Part shown: positions 62,689-64,000 of the stretch, in pieces
Layout of the letters: each line of letters opens with the position of its first letter
How positions within the stretch are numbered: position 1 is the first letter of the stretch
Assembly: GCF_006345805.1 (NCBI RefSeq)
Contig: NC_043018.1
Location: forward strand, 7,998,001 to 8,062,000
DNA length: 64,000 nucleotides
Direction: 5' to 3'
From: Octopus sinensis
Lineage: Eukaryota
Notes under the pieces: model-generated
The model's input: the letters and a program-made list of their open reading frames with translations, nothing else
Databases searched by the model: none
Told to the model about the DNA's origin: nothing
Made by a program: the position numbers and the translations under genes

Positions 62689-63969
62689 TTATTATTCTGA
62701 GTTCAAATTCTGTCAAAGTGGACTTCACTTTTTCACCCTTCAGGGGTTCAATAGAATAAAGAAACAGTAATGGGACTGGAATCGGTTCTGTTATTGTAGC
62801 CTTGATAAGAATGGAATTATAATAGAAGATATTCTTAGTTCTATATTTAAGAGATGAGGTATTATGTACCTTACTAGCAGTATCGCCCGGCGTTGCTCGG
62901 GTTTGTAAGGGAAATAACTATATAAGCATTTTTAGAGATGTAAAGTATAATAGCCATCTCAATATGGCTAACCACAAGGGGGTGGTTACTGTAGCTTTTT
63001 ACGTTCTGAGATTTAATAATACATTTTTAGAGAGTTACTTCCCTTATATAAAGCGAGCGAAAATGCATTAAAAATACAAAAAATAATGGTAAATTTTTTT
63101 AAAATCGTAATCTCATCATAGACACACGCTAATACCCAGAAGGGCTCGATATGAATCACGACTATAAGATACCCGGTTTTGGTTAAACTGCACCGCAAAA
63201 TGTGGGAGTAGTTAGGAATCTAAATCGTAGGAGACAGACACACAACTTCGCTTTTATATATAAAGACTAGCAGTATTGCCCGCGTTGCTCGAGTTTGTAA
63301 GGGAAATTTTTTTAAAAATCGTAATCTCATCATAGACACACGCTAATACCCAGAAGGGCTCGATATGAATCACGACTATAAGATACCCGGTTTTGGTTAA
63401 ACTGCACCGCAAAATGTGGGAGTAGTTAGGAATCTAAATCGTAGGAGACAGACACACAACTTCGCTTTTATATATAAAGACTAGCAGTATTGCCCGGCGT
63501 TGCTCGAGTTTGTAAGGGAAATAACTATATAAGCATTTTTAGAGAGTTACTTCCCTTATAGATGCCAATTCGGGCTTTCTTAGCCATTTCTGTTTTGGTG
63601 TCTTCAAGCCATGAAGTTGTTGTTCTAAAAGAACGCTGGTCTCCTTGACAACGCTTTACGACGTTGATTTCCTTACACTCCCTTCCCCACAGCTTCACGA
63701 GGGGGGGAAGCAAAGAGGTGCAGGTGTGACCATGGACGCCAACTCTGCCGCCATCAACACACGAAATATTATGCATTAAAATGGAATAAAAAATGATGGT
63801 AAATTATTTTTTAAATCGTAGACTCATCATAGACGCGCGCTAATACTCAGACGGGCTTGATATGAATCACGCCTATAAGATACCCGAATTTGGTTAAACT
63901 GCACCGCAAAATGTGGGAGTAGTTAGGAATCTAAATCGAAGGGGACAGACACTCACACAACTACAGTTT

Positions 63970-64000
<31 letters not shown>

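Overview
AT-rich, repeat-dense eukaryotic genomic DNA. It is most likely octopus or another coleoid cephalopod, inferred from the tRNA-derived SINE families, (TA)n/(CA)n/(CAT)n load, and CR1, RTE and Penelope-type remnants. Two plus-strand intron-containing genes can be assembled by hand with fully consistent splice phases. (1) The 3' part of a BLNK/SLP-76(LCP2)/CLNK-family SH2 adaptor has 11 exons (2851-30460), including four microexons, two internally duplicated exon modules carrying YxxP motifs, and a C-terminal SH2 domain. (2) The 5' part of NDC80/HEC1 has 4 coding exons (51779-61668) covering the N-tail and CH domain, and continues beyond the window. The rest is SINEs, LINE fragments, non-autonomous Helitrons, MITEs, a degenerate Tc1, a solo LTR and a 2.6-kb 39-bp minisatellite. 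The most unusual signal is a dense set of minimal type-I hammerhead ribozyme motifs (about 11 motifs, several families, palindromic helix III, covarying stems) in Penelope-like fold-back elements. One of these is fused to a tRNA-derived Pol III head. Within the two genes, the intact copies all lie antisense. Repeat coordinates are approximate to about 10-20 nt; exon and ribozyme coordinates were counted directly. No database search or folding program was run.
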